Source: an uncultured bacterium (GTDB lineage Bacteria; Babelota; Babeliae; Babelales; Vermiphilaceae). Taken from it: 64,000 nucleotides of DNA. The notes below the pieces were generated by a model, which searched no databases, had not been told where the DNA came from, and saw nothing but the letters and a program-made list of their open reading frames with translations. The stretch covers positions 352,001 to 416,000 of the forward strand of contig OY969561.1 of NCBI GenBank assembly GCA_963701085.1, read 5' to 3'. Position 1 is the stretch's first letter. Every line of letters starts with the position of its first letter. The position numbers and the translations under genes are program-made. This document shows, piece by piece, positions 50,074 to 63,100 of this stretch.

Positions 50074-53000
50074 TTAACTAATCATTCGCGCCATAAAATT
50101 TTGTAGTTCTAATTTTAGGCTGTCGATTGCATTATTCATTGCTTCAACCGTTACATAGTGTTGTTTCATTTCTTCAATGGTTGCATGTTGTTTTTGTATT
50201 TCATTTAAGAGCAATGCTGGTAGCAAATGATAACGTACGGTTGATATTACGCCATCTTCATCCCTGGAGATTAATGTAGGGAATATTTCTTCAACTTCTT
50301 CAGCGATTAAACCGTACTGTTTTGTATCTGTTTCATCATTATTATACGCAAAGGTAACAGGACGAAGTTTAAATATTTCCGCTGAATCAGTGCCCATATC
50401 TTGTATATCATGCTTATATCTTCTTGATGACGTTGTAATACCAAGTTGGCCACTACCAGTAACAACAACAACATCGCCTGATACACCCACACCAGTAATA
50501 CCTGCAATAAAGCATTCTGTTTGTGACGTTCCAATACGTGTCGTAGTAGCCTCGGATGATGATCCAGCATTAGCATTAATATAAATATTGCCAGCACCTG
50601 TTGCAAGCGTTGCTCCCGCATTATAACCAATGATAATATTATTTGTACCTGTTGTAATCGCTACTCCAGCACCACTTCCAATAGCAGTATTTTCAATTCC
50701 AGTGCATACAGGCAATGCATTATAACCTACAGCGGTACAATCACTTCCTGTTGAGTTTGCATTAAGAGCTAGATAACCAACGGCAGTATTATCTACGGCA
50801 GTTGAAAGTGTTGCCAATGCCTTGCTTCCAATCGCAGTATTAAAGTTTCCGGTACCGAGCGTTAAGGCATTGTAACCCAGTGCTGTACAATCAGTACCCG
50901 TTGCATTAGTTAATAATGCTTGATAACCAACAGCAGTATTATCAGCACCCGTTGTATTTGCGGTTAATGTGTTATAGCCTAGTGCAGTATTATTGCCAGC
51001 TTTGTCATGGAACAATGCTTGATAGCCGAAGGCTGTGTCATTCGATACTCCTGCTGTGCAATTTCCCATTGCGAAGGTACCAACAGCAGTGTTGTTATTG
51101 CCGCTAACGATGCTACCTACTGCATTTTGACCAATTGCAATATTATCGGATCCTGTTACATTACTCTGCAAAGCACCACTACCGATTGCTATATTAGAAG
51201 AACCTGTTGTGTTAGCTAAAAGTGCCCCGTCACCAATTGCCGCATTATTGGAACCCGTTGTATTTGCAGCTAATGCACTAATACCAAGGGCAGTATTAGC
51301 AACACCAACCGTATTTACAGTTAAGGCATTATATCCAACAGCCGTGTTAGCTACACCTGTTGTATTTACCGCTAAAGCATTATAACCCATTGCGGTATTA
51401 AAGCCTCCTTGATCATTTTTCAATGCCTGATACCCAATAGCTGTATCATTACTTATTCCAGTGGTATTTGCCATTGCTTGGTAACCAACAGCAACATTCT
51501 TTGCACCAGTTGTATTTGCAGCTAATGCGCTACTTCCAACCGCGGTATTAAAACTTGTTCCTGTTGCGTTTGCAGCAAGAGCGTTATAACCAATTGCGGT
51601 ATTATCAGTACCGGTTGTGCTCACAGCCAATGCATTGTAGCCAAGTGCAGTGTTATCAACACCTGTTGTGTTTGCAGCTAATGTTTTACTACCGACAGCA
51701 GTATTAAAATTAGCACCTGCTGCATTCGCAGTTAATGCATGATACCCGATTCCCGTGTTATCGGTACCCGTTGTCGTAAAGTTGCCAGCATTGATACCAA
51801 CAAATGTATTATCTGTTCCAAAATCATGAATAAAGCTGCTTGAACCTTTTAGAATATTACCTGCGCTTGAAGTACTTGGTTCAGTGCTTAATATAAGATT
51901 GCCGCTATGAACACCATCAGTCATACTGATAATTGAGGCAGCAAAGTTACCTGATGCATCACGTTTTACCAATGTACTTGCCGTATCTAAATTAGTTGCA
52001 GCATCAACAGTACCTGTTGCAGCAGCAACATCGGCAGCAGTTTTTCCACCAACAAAGCTGACAACTGTTGCACCTTGAGTTCCTGTAACATCACCAACGA
52101 GTGATCCAGTAAAGCTAGCAGCGCTGCCGCTAACATTTCCTGTTACATTTCCCGTTAAACTTGCGGTGATTGTACCTGCAGAGAAATTACCAGAACCATC
52201 ACGCACAACAATATCGCCAGCAACATTAGAACTGGAAATGGTCGCCAAGTTTGCATTAGCAATTGTTGCAGACGCTATGCTTGCGCCAGTAATTGTCGCC
52301 GCGGTGATATCAGCATTTACAATTAATGAGCTTGTTATATTTCCTGAAGAATCATTATGAAGAACACCAGCTGTACCAAATGACGTAATAGCAAACGTAT
52401 TACTAATAACTTCATCAGTAACACTAATCAACCCTGCAGCAAAACTGCCTGATCCATCGCGCACAACAATATCGCCAGCAATATTAGTGTTTGAAATTGT
52501 TGCAAGTTTTGCATTGGTTATTGTCGAAGAAGTGATATCAGCATTAACAATTAATGAACTTGATAATAATCCCGCTGAACTACTATGAACTACACCGGTA
52601 CTCAGTGCATCAATAGTGACTCCACCTGTTGCACTGATATTTAGTCTTTCGACACCGTTGGTATCGAAAGATAGCGTGTTTGTTGTTGCTGCAGATATCC
52701 CCGTATTTGTGCTACCTGTAAATTGAATTGATGGAGCAGCGGCAGTTCCTGCTGGATGAGTAAGCGTTCCCGTCATGGTGTCACCGCTTTTCAGAACATT
52801 GAGTGATGCAGCTCCCGTTAAACTTGCAGTTATGGTTCCGGCTGAAAAATTACCTGATATATCACGAAGCACTATAGTGCTGGCAGTATTTGCAGATGTT
52901 GCCGTTGTAGCAGAGTTAGCAACTTTACCACTCGTACTAATTGTTGCTAATTTTGTATCAATGATTGCAGCTGTTGCACTAACATCAGCATCAACAATCA

Positions 53001-56000
53001 ATGAACTTGATAAATGACCAGAAGAATCATTATGAACAATGCCCGCGGTACCAGCCAAATCATCAATAGAAACAACACCACCAGAACTTATAGCCATAGC
53101 CTCTGCGCCATTGGTGATGAATGATAAAGATCCTGGATCACTTAAATTGCTACCATTACCTGCTGATAAACCACTGGTAGTGCTACCCGTGAATACCAGT
53201 GTTGGTGTTGTATCAGTTCCTGCTGGTAGTTGTAGTGTGCCTGTCATAGTGTCACCAGCTTTGAGCACGTTAAGATGATGCAGCCCCGGTTAAACTTGCG
53301 GTAATGGTGCCGGCAGCAAAGTTACCCGATGAATCACGCAGCACTATAGTGCTTGCAGTATTAAGATTTGTTGCTGTTGTGGCAGAGTTGGCAACTTTAC
53401 CCGTAGTCATAATTGTTGCAAGTTTGGTATCAACTATTGCTGCAGCTGGATCCACATCAGCATTGACAATAAGATGATGTTGATAATAAACCTGCATGAA
53501 CTCATTATGAACTATCGCCGGTAGAGCTTAATCCATCAATGGTGACATTACCAGAGCCATCTATTTTCATACGCTCAACGCCAGCAGTATCAAATGAAAG
53601 CGTGTTAGCGGTGGCAGCAGAAAAACCAGTATTGGTGCTTCCAGTAAATTGAATTGAAGGTGCTGCTGCAATTCCAGCCGGATGGGTCAGTGTGCCCGTC
53701 ATGGTGTCGCCCGCTTTGAGAACGTTGAGCGAAGCAGCGCCGGTTAAACTTGCCGTAATTGTACCAGCAGAGAAATTACCTGAACTATCACGTGCAACAA
53801 TAGTGGATGCTGTATTGGCACTCGTTGCATTGGTGGAAAGTGATACATCATTTGCATCATTGGTGATAATTGTATAGGCATCACCTTCAAGAAGTGTTTT
53901 AAAATTAAGTGTTGTCCCTGTGTTACCTTGATAAATAAGACCTGTTCCTGAGCCAACATTTGCACCAGTGGTTTGACTTGGTAGTGAAAACTCTGCGAAT
54001 GTAATTGGATCTGTATCTATAATTGCCGTTGGTGTACTACACAGCCAGCTTGATCCTGCATAGATAGTTCCATCAAGAATAAGAACATACGCAGATCCGG
54101 CTTCAGTCCCGGTAGCAAAATCTGCTGGACGAGTCCATGCGCCACTTGCAACAACCCAGAGGCCATTTTGTATTGCACTTGTTTGTCCATTAAGAAGCAC
54201 ACGATTACTCGCCACCAATGATACGCCATCAATAGTTTGTAATCCCGTTAATGCTACGTTAGTAAGACTTATTACAATTGCTGGATTTTTTATAGTCAGA
54301 CCAAGTGATATTGCCGCATCAACATATGCTTTTGTTGCAGCATCGGTAGGATTTGTCGTAGTTCCTGCAAGAGTAATCATATTAGTAGCAAAATTGCCTG
54401 AGCCATCACGTACCACAATATTGCCTGGTGTATTAGTGCTCGAAATGTTAGCCAATTTATCATTAGTTATTGTGCTTGCAGTAATATCAGCATCAACTAT
54501 CAATGAACTTGATAGTAGTCCTGCTGAGCTACTATGAATTACCCCCACGCCAAATGCATCAATAGTAACATTACCAGAACCATCTATTTTCATACGCTCA
54601 ACGCCAGCAGTGTCAAAAGACAGCGTATTAGCGGTAGCAGCAGAAAAACCGGTATTGGTGCTGCCGGTGAATTGTATTGAAGGAGCAGCTGCTGTTCCCG
54701 CCGGATGAGTTAAGGTGCCGGTCATGGTATCGCCCGCTTTTGCAACTTTGCTATTAATTTGTGTTTGCACGGAAGATGTTGTACCAGATAAATAACCAAG
54801 TTCAGTACTCGTTGTAACGCTTGATGACAACTCATTGGTGCTTGGATCGGTAATGACCACTCTACCTGCAGTGAGTGTGCCAACAATAAAGTTGCTATCT
54901 GTTTTTAAAACACTTGCTGCGCTTCTATACAAGTTGGTATCAGTATCAAAAACAATTTTTGTGCCTGCAGTTGGTAAATTGACGAGATTATTAAATCCAT
55001 CCAATTGCATTACCGTATAATTTGATACCGCTGTTTGACCAGTAAGATCACTGTTTTGATAATTAAATGAGAGTGTAGCGGCAGAACCATTTTTGGTAAT
55101 ATCCCACCCGCGTAGTGCAGATGTTGTACCAACAGGAGAGCCAGTATCAGAAACTAAACGCAGCCCTGCGGTATCAGCTCTATTGGTGGTGATGGCAGCA
55201 ACTGTTGCATTCGCTTGTGATATAACAAAAGAACTTGATGGATTTGATAATGGATTTTTAAAACCTATCGCCTGGGTAGAATATAATGATGTTTTATATT
55301 GAATTGCAGGATTGTTTACTGTTCCTATTCCCGCTTCAATTAAGGTAGTATCTTGATCGGCAAAAGATCCAATAGTCAGCGCATCACCATTGTCTAAATC
55401 AAAAAATGCGAGCGTAACATTGGTTGAACTATTGATGCTCATTGCGCTGCTTGATGCAGTACTTGCATTGAGGTTAAGTGTTGTAGTGCCTTGTTGTAAA
55501 ATATTTGTTGTACAATTTTGAATAACAAGTCCTGATGCAAGAAGAACCGTTGAAGAGGTATCTGATGATCCCCCAACTTGTATACCAGTAACATAATCAT
55601 GCATAATACCACTGCTGATATTAACATAACCACCATTGGTAACAACAATACTGCTACCTTCAGCAACGCCAAGGCTATTATAACCATCAAATTCACAACC
55701 AATTATTTCAGCAATAGACCCTGCACCACTGACTTGTATATCAATATCGCTTGAACTATTTGTTAATTCAAAAGTACAGCCAGAAAGCGCCAGATGAGAT
55801 GAGCCTGCTTGAACAACGTCATAATCATTCATTCTAAAGGTAACGCTATTGATGGTTATTTGTGCATTATTAGACGTGCCACTAATACCAGCACCAGTAC
55901 TACATAAACTGATCACACCGCCTGTGTAAACACACGTAGCACCTGATCCGGTAACACTAAATGCAGTATTTGCGGCAGGACCAGTTGGTGATGATGTACC

Positions 56001-57320
56001 AAACATTGAACAGGTATTTAATTCAACACGCGTATTATCAACATTGAGTGATGTTCCGTTACCTACAAAAAGACAGGTATCAAAACCATAGCTTTGTGAG
56101 GTTCCTCCTGAACAATTGACACCAATTAAAAAATTAAATACGCGTACATTATTAAATACCGATAAACTTCCTGCCGTCATAGAAATACCGGTACCAGTCA
56201 GCGCAGAAGATTCAAAGGTAACGTCAGCAATACGAACAGTATGTTCAATTAAGAGAAGAGTATTTGCAGGAGTGTTTGGCATAATTACTGTGCTGCTTCC
56301 AGATGCACCCACAATAGAAATTCCTGCAACCGTAATAGCTAATGCACCAGAACTATTATCTTCTGTATATATTCCTGAACCTATAAAAATAGTAACCGGG
56401 TTGGATAATGATGAAATACCATTGGCTGTTTGGATTGCTTTAGCAAGACTTGCGTATGGCGAGTTAAATGAACCATCACCAGAAGTATCATTGCCATATT
56501 TGGTAACATAAATAGTTTCGCTTGAAGCAGGCGTTACCGATCCGCCTTCAGTAACCCATGCTAAATTGGTTGGTGTTGCGGTGCTTGCACGCAACACTTG
56601 ATTTGAAGTTGGTGCTACTGGTGGGAATGCTACGGTGTAGCTTGATGTAACAACAGAAGGTGCAGCAAGTCCTACATAGGCAGTAGCTGCGATATCTTCA
56701 AGATAAATGATGCCTTGTACAACGTGATCAGTTACTGAAATAGTTGGTGTTGTGATAGAACCCGTAACAACCGCGTCAGCGGCTGAAAGTAGACCTTGTA
56801 TTGTTGCTGTATAAGGAGGAGAGCGTGTCCCTTTTGTCTTATCATAAAGAGCATCTTTTTTTGCGTCTGCAGATTGTAATGCAGAGACATCAACGGTTAA
56901 TTCCCCGTTCATTACTTGGTTAATTGTCGTTTCAAGCTGAAGAAGAAGTTCATTTTTTTTGGCATTATTAAAACGCGTGCAATTGCGTTCTAAAAGTTTT
57001 TCCGCATGGTTGAGTGTTTCAAGAACAGCACTATATTCTGCAACAGCATATCCATGCTCAATATGTCTTTTGAGTTCATGCAGTAGCGAATCATTATCTT
57101 TATCCAATTCGCTTATGCGTGATACAAGCTCAGCAATGTTACTGAATTTTTTACCAAGAACGACATATGACTCATCCGAATGTTTTGTCATCATCTCTTT
57201 ATCATGGGCAGAGAGGGAGGAAATTAAATCATCCGCCATTGCCGCAAGAGGAAGTGGAGCAATTAATAACGTCAGCGATATCAATAGTGAAAAGAATCTC
57301 GACGTTTGAACATGCTTCAT
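50074..57320 (-). CDS. Giant fibre protein F8 (about 2413 aa after removing five apparent single-base insertions at 53270-53520): pectin-lyase-like beta-helix, phage-fibre module, repeats, S74 chaperone
   Basis: Alignment by eye to the paralogous [17 protein letters not shown] and GAASLNVLK modules shows 5 extra bases; corrected length 7242 nt is divisible by 3; SSRRYKHDI. Confidence 0.8.
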
Positions 57321-57404
57321 GAAACAACCTTTTTTTTTGAGGACTTTGAAAACATAGATAAGATAAAAAATACACTAAATCAATACAAACAAAAAAACCC
57401 TTGC

Positions 57405-60083
57405 CTAAGCAATGGTTCTATCACAATATTCTTGTAATTCTGCTCTAATCTGATTAATTGCGTTATTCATTTCTACAATGGTGGTTTGTTGTGTCTCAAT
57501 AATTTTTTGTTGTTTCTGTAGTTCATTCAACAGCAAAACTGGTAATAAGTTATAGCGAACGGTATATGGCAATCCATCTGCATCTTTTGATACAATTTCC
57601 GGAAGTAGCTCTTCTACTTCTTCGGCAATGAGACCAAATATTATATCTTCTGTGTCATCATTATTATAGATAAACGTCACTGGACGAAGTTTAAAAATGT
57701 TTTCTGAAATATCACCCATATCTTGTATATTATGTTTAAATCTTCGTGAAGACAATGCAATACCCAGTTGACCATTAGAATCAATAGTCACAACATTGCC
57801 TGATATGCCCACACCCGCAATTCCTGCAATAAAGCATTCTGATTGTGCAGTTCCAATGCGAGTAGTATTTGATTCAGAAGATGATCCAGCGCTCGCATTA
57901 AGATAAATATTATTATTACCTGTTGTGAGCCCTTGCGCTGCTTGATAACCAATTGCAATATTATTAGTTCCTGTTGTAATTGAGACTAAAGCATTTGTAC
58001 CAAAAGCACTGTTTTGTCCCGTTCCACTGGTTGTAAAGTTGCCCGCGTTAACACCAATAAATGTATTGTTAGTTCCATAATTACTAATAAACGCTAATCC
58101 GTTTTTAGTAATATTCCCTATTGTGGCACTCATTGAATTACTCAGTTGTATAGTGCCACTCATCACCGCATCAACAATGCTTATCGTCTGCGCTGCAAAA
58201 CTACCGGTATTATCACGTGCAACAATAGTAGTTGCCGTATTAGCACTTGTTGCATTGGTGGAGAGCGATACATCATTTACGTCATTGGTGATAATAGTGT
58301 AGGCATCACCTTCAAGTAATGTTTTAAAATTGATAAAATTAGCTGTTTTATCTCTAAAAATAAGACCTTGCCCTGTACCTACATTTGCACCAGTGGTTGT
58401 CTCAGCAAGAGTGAATAATGCAAAACCAATAGGATCTGTATCAATCACCGCACTGGGAGTATTGCAAAGCCAACTTGATCCCGCATTGACGGTACCTTCA
58501 AGAATGAGAACGTATGCTTCACCAGCAGTTGCCCCAGAAGCAAAATCTGCTGGACGTGACCATGCCCCAGCAGCAACAATCCACAAACCATTTTCAACCA
58601 GGTTTGTTTGTCCTGTCAGAAGAACACGGTTTGTTCCACTCGGAAATGTTACGCCATCAATAGTAGGAAATCCACTTAATGTTTCATTAGCTACACTCAC
58701 AACAACCGCAGGTGTTTTTGCAATAAGGGCTGTTACTGATGCATCAACATAAGCTTTAGTTGCTGCATCAGTTGGGTTGACGACGGTGCCGGTAATAGTA
58801 ATTTCATGTGCCCAAAAATCACCTAAACCATCAAGAACTACTATAGAACCCGGTGTGCCAGCACTTGAAATAGTTGCAAGCTTATCATTAGCGATAGTGC
58901 CTACCGTAATATCAGTATTCACCAGCAATGCGCTTGATAGGATACCTGAGGCATCATTGTGCACAAGCCCTGCTGGCTCAAGACTAGCAACAATAAGATT
59001 TGTTATGACCGCATCAGTAGAAGAAAAATCAGTTGTTGTTAAGTTTTCAACAACCGCATCTACAACAGAAACAGTACCGCTAATAGAAAGATTACCAATA
59101 GAAAGATTATCAATTGTGGCATCGTTGGCGGACAAACTATCTACGCATAAACTATCAATGCAACCAGCTATTGTTAAATCAGCAACAGAAAGATTTATTA
59201 TAATCGCATCAGTAGAAGAAAGATTAGTTGCTGTTACATTTGTTATGACCGCATCGTTAGCAGAGAGACTGTGGCCACCAACAAAAAGATCCGTTATGAC
59301 CGCATTAGTAACAGAAAGATTGTTCACGCATAAATTATTCATACAATCCTGTACTACTAAGTTTTCAATAACCGCATCAGTAATAGAAAGAGTGCCGTTA
59401 ATAGAAATATTATCTACGACGATATCAGTGGCTGACAAATTATTCACGCATAAATTATTCATGCAATCACTGACGATTAAATTTTCAACAACAGCATCTA
59501 CAGCAGAAAGAACACCCTTGATGGTGACGTTATTTTTAAATTTTGCTGATTTACCTACTTTCAATTTTCCCGCAATACTTATTCCTTGTTGTGTTTTTAT
59601 ATGTTGTGCAATTGTAGCCTTGCCAAGCACATCAATGTTGTCAACGATGACTAATGTTGGTCGTCGTATTAATGAGCCATTGATAACATTGTCTATTATT
59701 TCATTAAGATCAGCGGTTATTTTTTCTGCGTAAGTAGTATCTAAATGTGTATAATTTTTTTGTAAAATATTTTCGGCATATTCAAGCGTTGCAATTACCG
59801 CATCATATTCTGCGAAAGAAGATCCATTTTTAATATGTTTATGTAATTCATGGAGAATTGAATCATTTTTTTCATCCAAATCACTTAATTGAGAAATTAT
59901 TTCTGCAATATTACTCAGCTCTGTACCGAAATCTACGTATGAAGTGTCTTCATTGTGCGTAATGCTCTGTGCTTTCAGTGGTGACATGTTGGTGATTATT
60001 TCTTCTGCTAGCGCAGAGAGTTGTAGCGGTGCAGTTAATGAAGAAATGGCAATGAGTAAAGAAAAAAAGCGTACATTAAACAT
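57405..60083 (-). CDS. Fibre protein F9 (about 892 aa) with Cys repeats, phage-fibre module and S74 chaperone
   Basis: Signal peptide; N-domain YVDFGTELSNIAE..; CMNNLCVNNLS repeats; [18 protein letters not shown]. Confidence 0.88.
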   Translation of the reverse strand: MFNVRFFSLLIAISSLTAPLQLSALAEEIITNMSPLKAQSITHNEDTSYVDFGTELSNIAEIISQLSDLDEKNDSILHELHKHIKNGSSFAEYDAVIATLEYAENILQKNYTHLDTTYAEKITADLNEIIDNVINGSLIRRPTLVIVDNIDVLGKATIAQHIKTQQGISIAGKLKVGKSAKFKNNVTIKGVLSAVDAVVENLIVSDCMNNLCVNNLSATDIVVDNISINGTLSITDAVIENLVVQDCMNNLCVNNLSVTNAVITDLFVGGHSLSANDAVITNVTATNLSSTDAIIINLSVADLTIAGCIDSLCVDSLSANDATIDNLSIGNLSISGTVSVVDAVVENLTTTDFSSTDAVITNLIVASLEPAGLVHNDASGILSSALLVNTDITVGTIANDKLATISSAGTPGSIVVLDGLGDFWAHEITITGTVVNPTDAATKAYVDASVTALIAKTPAVVVSVANETLSGFPTIDGVTFPSGTNRVLLTGQTNLVENGLWIVAAGAWSRPADFASGATAGEAYVLILEGTVNAGSSWLCNTPSAVIDTDPIGFALFTLAETTTGANVGTGQGLIFRDKTANFINFKTLLEGDAYTIITNDVNDVSLSTNATSANTATTIVARDNTGSFAAQTISIVDAVMSGTIQLSNSMSATIGNITKNGLAFISNYGTNNTFIGVNAGNFTTSGTGQNSAFGTNALVSITTGTNNIAIGYQAAQGLTTGNNNIYLNASAGSSSESNTTRIGTAQSECFIAGIAGVGISGNVVTIDSNGQLGIALSSRRFKHNIQDMGDISENIFKLRPVTFIYNNDDTEDIIFGLIAEEVEELLPEIVSKDADGLPYTVRYNLLPVLLLNELQKQQKIIETQQTTIVEMNNAINQIRAELQEYCDRTIA

Positions 60084-60125
60084 CAAGATCCTTTTTTAAA
60101 TCTTACAATACAATCGATTGAGTCT

Positions 60126-60174
60126 ATAAAAACAAAGAGACTCTTGCAAATTGCAAGAGTCTCTTTGTTTTTAT
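60126..60174. terminator. Perfect 24-bp inverted repeat (terminator of F10, overlapping a putative F9 promoter)
   Basis: ataaaaacaaagagactcttgcaa-a-ttgcaagagtctctttgtttttat; minus-strand TTGCAA-17-TAGACT. Confidence 0.75.
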
Positions 60175-60186
60175 GGTAAATTATTT

Positions 60187-63100
60187 TTACGCGTTGCTTT
60201 CCATTATTTTCATACGTTGAGCAAATTGTTGGATTTGATTCTGCAGTGATTTAATTGCTTGATTCATAGCTTCAACGGTGATAGTGAGATTTTCAATAGA
60301 TTGATCTTGCTTTGCAATAGTTTCTTGTTGTTGCTCAATAGCTACTTTCTGCTTTTTCACTTCATTTAATAACAAGACTGGCAGTACATGATATTGAACG
60401 GAATATGGCTGCTCATCTATATCTCTTACTACAAGGTTGGGGAATACTTCATCAACTTCTTCAGCAATAAGTCCATAAGTTATGCTTTCTGTTGCATCAT
60501 CATTATAAACAAAAGTAACTGGGTTAAGCATGAATATATTACCTGAAGCATCATTCATATCTTGTATATCATGCTTAAACCGTCTTGATGAAGAAACTGT
60601 AGCAAGTTGACCATTTGTACTATCAATTAAGGCAGTTAATACATGGCCAGGTGGTATCGTTACACCAACAATGCCCTGTATAAAGCATGCTGTTTGTGAA
60701 GTACCAATACGTGTGGTATTAGCTTCAGCTGCTGTAGCGCCATTGGCATTAATATAAATATTACCACTTCCTGTGGTGAGCGTACCACCTGCACCTTGGC
60801 CAATCGCAATGTTATTACTTCCTGTTGTAACCGCAGGAAATGTAGCATTACCAAGAGCTGTATTATTAATACCTGTTGTATTTGCACTAAGAGATGAAGT
60901 ACCAATTGCAGTATTACTGTTGCCTGTGGTATTTGCATTCAATGCAGAGCTGCCAACAGCAGTATTAGAGATACCAATTGTATTGTGACCCAGAGTAGCA
61001 CTACCAAGAGCAGTATTATTAATACCTGTTGTATTTACATTAAGTGCAAACCACCCAACAGCGGTATTACTTGTACCCACTGTATTTGTAGCAAGCGCAC
61101 CAGCACCAACTGCAGTATTATCAATACCGGTTGTGTTTGCCTGAAGTGCGGTTGAACCAACGGCGGTATTTGCATTCGCTGCACCGGTTGTAACAGCAAG
61201 CGCATTATAACCAAGTGCAGTGTTATTAATGCCTGTTGTATTTGCAGCCAATGCACTATATCCAACAGCAGTATTAAATGTCCCGGTTGTGTTTGCAGCT
61301 AATGCACTTGAACCAACAGCGGTACTGCCACTCGTTCCCGTTGCGTTAGCAGCAAGAGCGTTATAACCAATTGCGGTATTATCAGTACCTGTTGTGCTCA
61401 CAAGTAATGCATCATAACCAAGTGCGGTATTATGAGTTCCAACGGTATTTGCAGCAAGTGCACTTTTCCCTACAGCGGTGTTATTTGTTCCCGTTGTATT
61501 TGCCGCTAATGCGCTACTTCCCACGGCGGTATTGTTACTTGTTCCCGTTGCGTTAGCAGCAAGAGCGTTATAACCAATTGCGGTATTATCAGTACCTGTT
61601 GTACTAACAGCCAATGCATTGTAGCCAAGTGCAGTGTTATCAATACCAACAGTATTTGCAGCAAGTGTACTTTTCCCTACAGCGGTATTAAATGTTCCGG
61701 TAGTATTTGCCGCTAATGCGCTACTTCCCACAGCAGTATTGTTACTTGTCCCGGTTGCGTTTGCAGCAAGAGCATTATAACCAATTGCGGTATTATCAGT
61801 ACCTGTTGTGCTCACAAGTAATGCATCATAACCAAGTGCGGTGTTATGAATTCCAACAGTATTTGCAGCCAATGCACTATATCCAACAGCAGCATTATTT
61901 GTTCCGGTTGTGTTTGCAGCTAATGCACTTGAACCAACAGCGGTATTAAAGCTTGTTCCGGTTGCGTTTGCAGCAAGAGCATTATAACCAATTGCGGTAT
62001 TATCAGTACCTGTTGTGCTCACAAGTAATGCATCATAACCAAGTGCGGTGTTATGAGTTCCAACAGTATTTGCAGCCAATGCACTATACCCAACAGCAGC
62101 GTTATTTGTTCCGGTTGTGTTTGCCGCTAATGCACTACTTCCCACAGCGGTATTAAAGCTTGTTCCGGTTGCATTTGCAGCAAGAGCATTATAACCAATT
62201 GCGGTATTATCGGTACCGGTTGTGCTCACAAGTAATGCATCATAACCAAGTGCGGTGTTATGAATTCCAACAGTATTTGCAGCCAATGCACTATATCCAA
62301 CAGCAGCATTATTTGTTCCGGTTGTGTTTGCCGCTAATGCGCTACTTCCCACAGCGGTATTAAAGCTTGTTCCGGTTGCGTTTGCAGCAAGAGCGTTATA
62401 ACCGATTGCGGTATTATCAGTACCTGTCGTACTAACAGCCAATGCATTGTAGCCAAGTGCAGTGTTATCAATACCAACAGTATTTGCAGCCAATGTACTA
62501 TATCCAACAGCGGTGTTAAATGCCCCTGTACCATTTGCTGTTAATGCACTAACGCCAATACCTGTATTGGCACCTGAACCACTTGTAGTAAAGTTACCCG
62601 CACTGATCCCAACAAATGTGTTATTTGTTCCAAAATCATGAATAAATCTACTTGATCCTTTTAATATATTTCCTGCGGTTGAAGTACTTGGTTCAGTGCT
62701 TAATATAAGATTTCCACTATGAACACCATCAGTCATACTAATGACCTGTGCAGCAAAACTACCCGTACCATCACGCTTTACTACTGTATTTGCAGTATTA
62801 AGATTTGTTCCACCTACTGTTGAATCAACATATGCTTTGGTTGCAGCATCAGTAGCATTAGTTGTAGTGCCATTCAGGGTAACCATATTTGTTGCAAAAT
62901 TACCCGATGCATCGCGTTTTACAATAGTGCTTGCAGTATTAGCGTTTGTTGCAGCATTAGCAAGTACCGTAGCTGCAGCAACATTAGCTGCTGTTTGTCC
63001 ACCAACGGTAGCAACAACCGTTGCACCTTGTGTGCCGGTTACGTCGCCAGCCAATGATCCTGAAAAGCTTGTAGCTGTAGTTGCTGTTGTAGCGTTACCA

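Noticed and set aside
47130-62510. CRISPR array
   Set aside because: The repeats are degenerate in-frame coding repeats without unique spacers, and no cas genes are present
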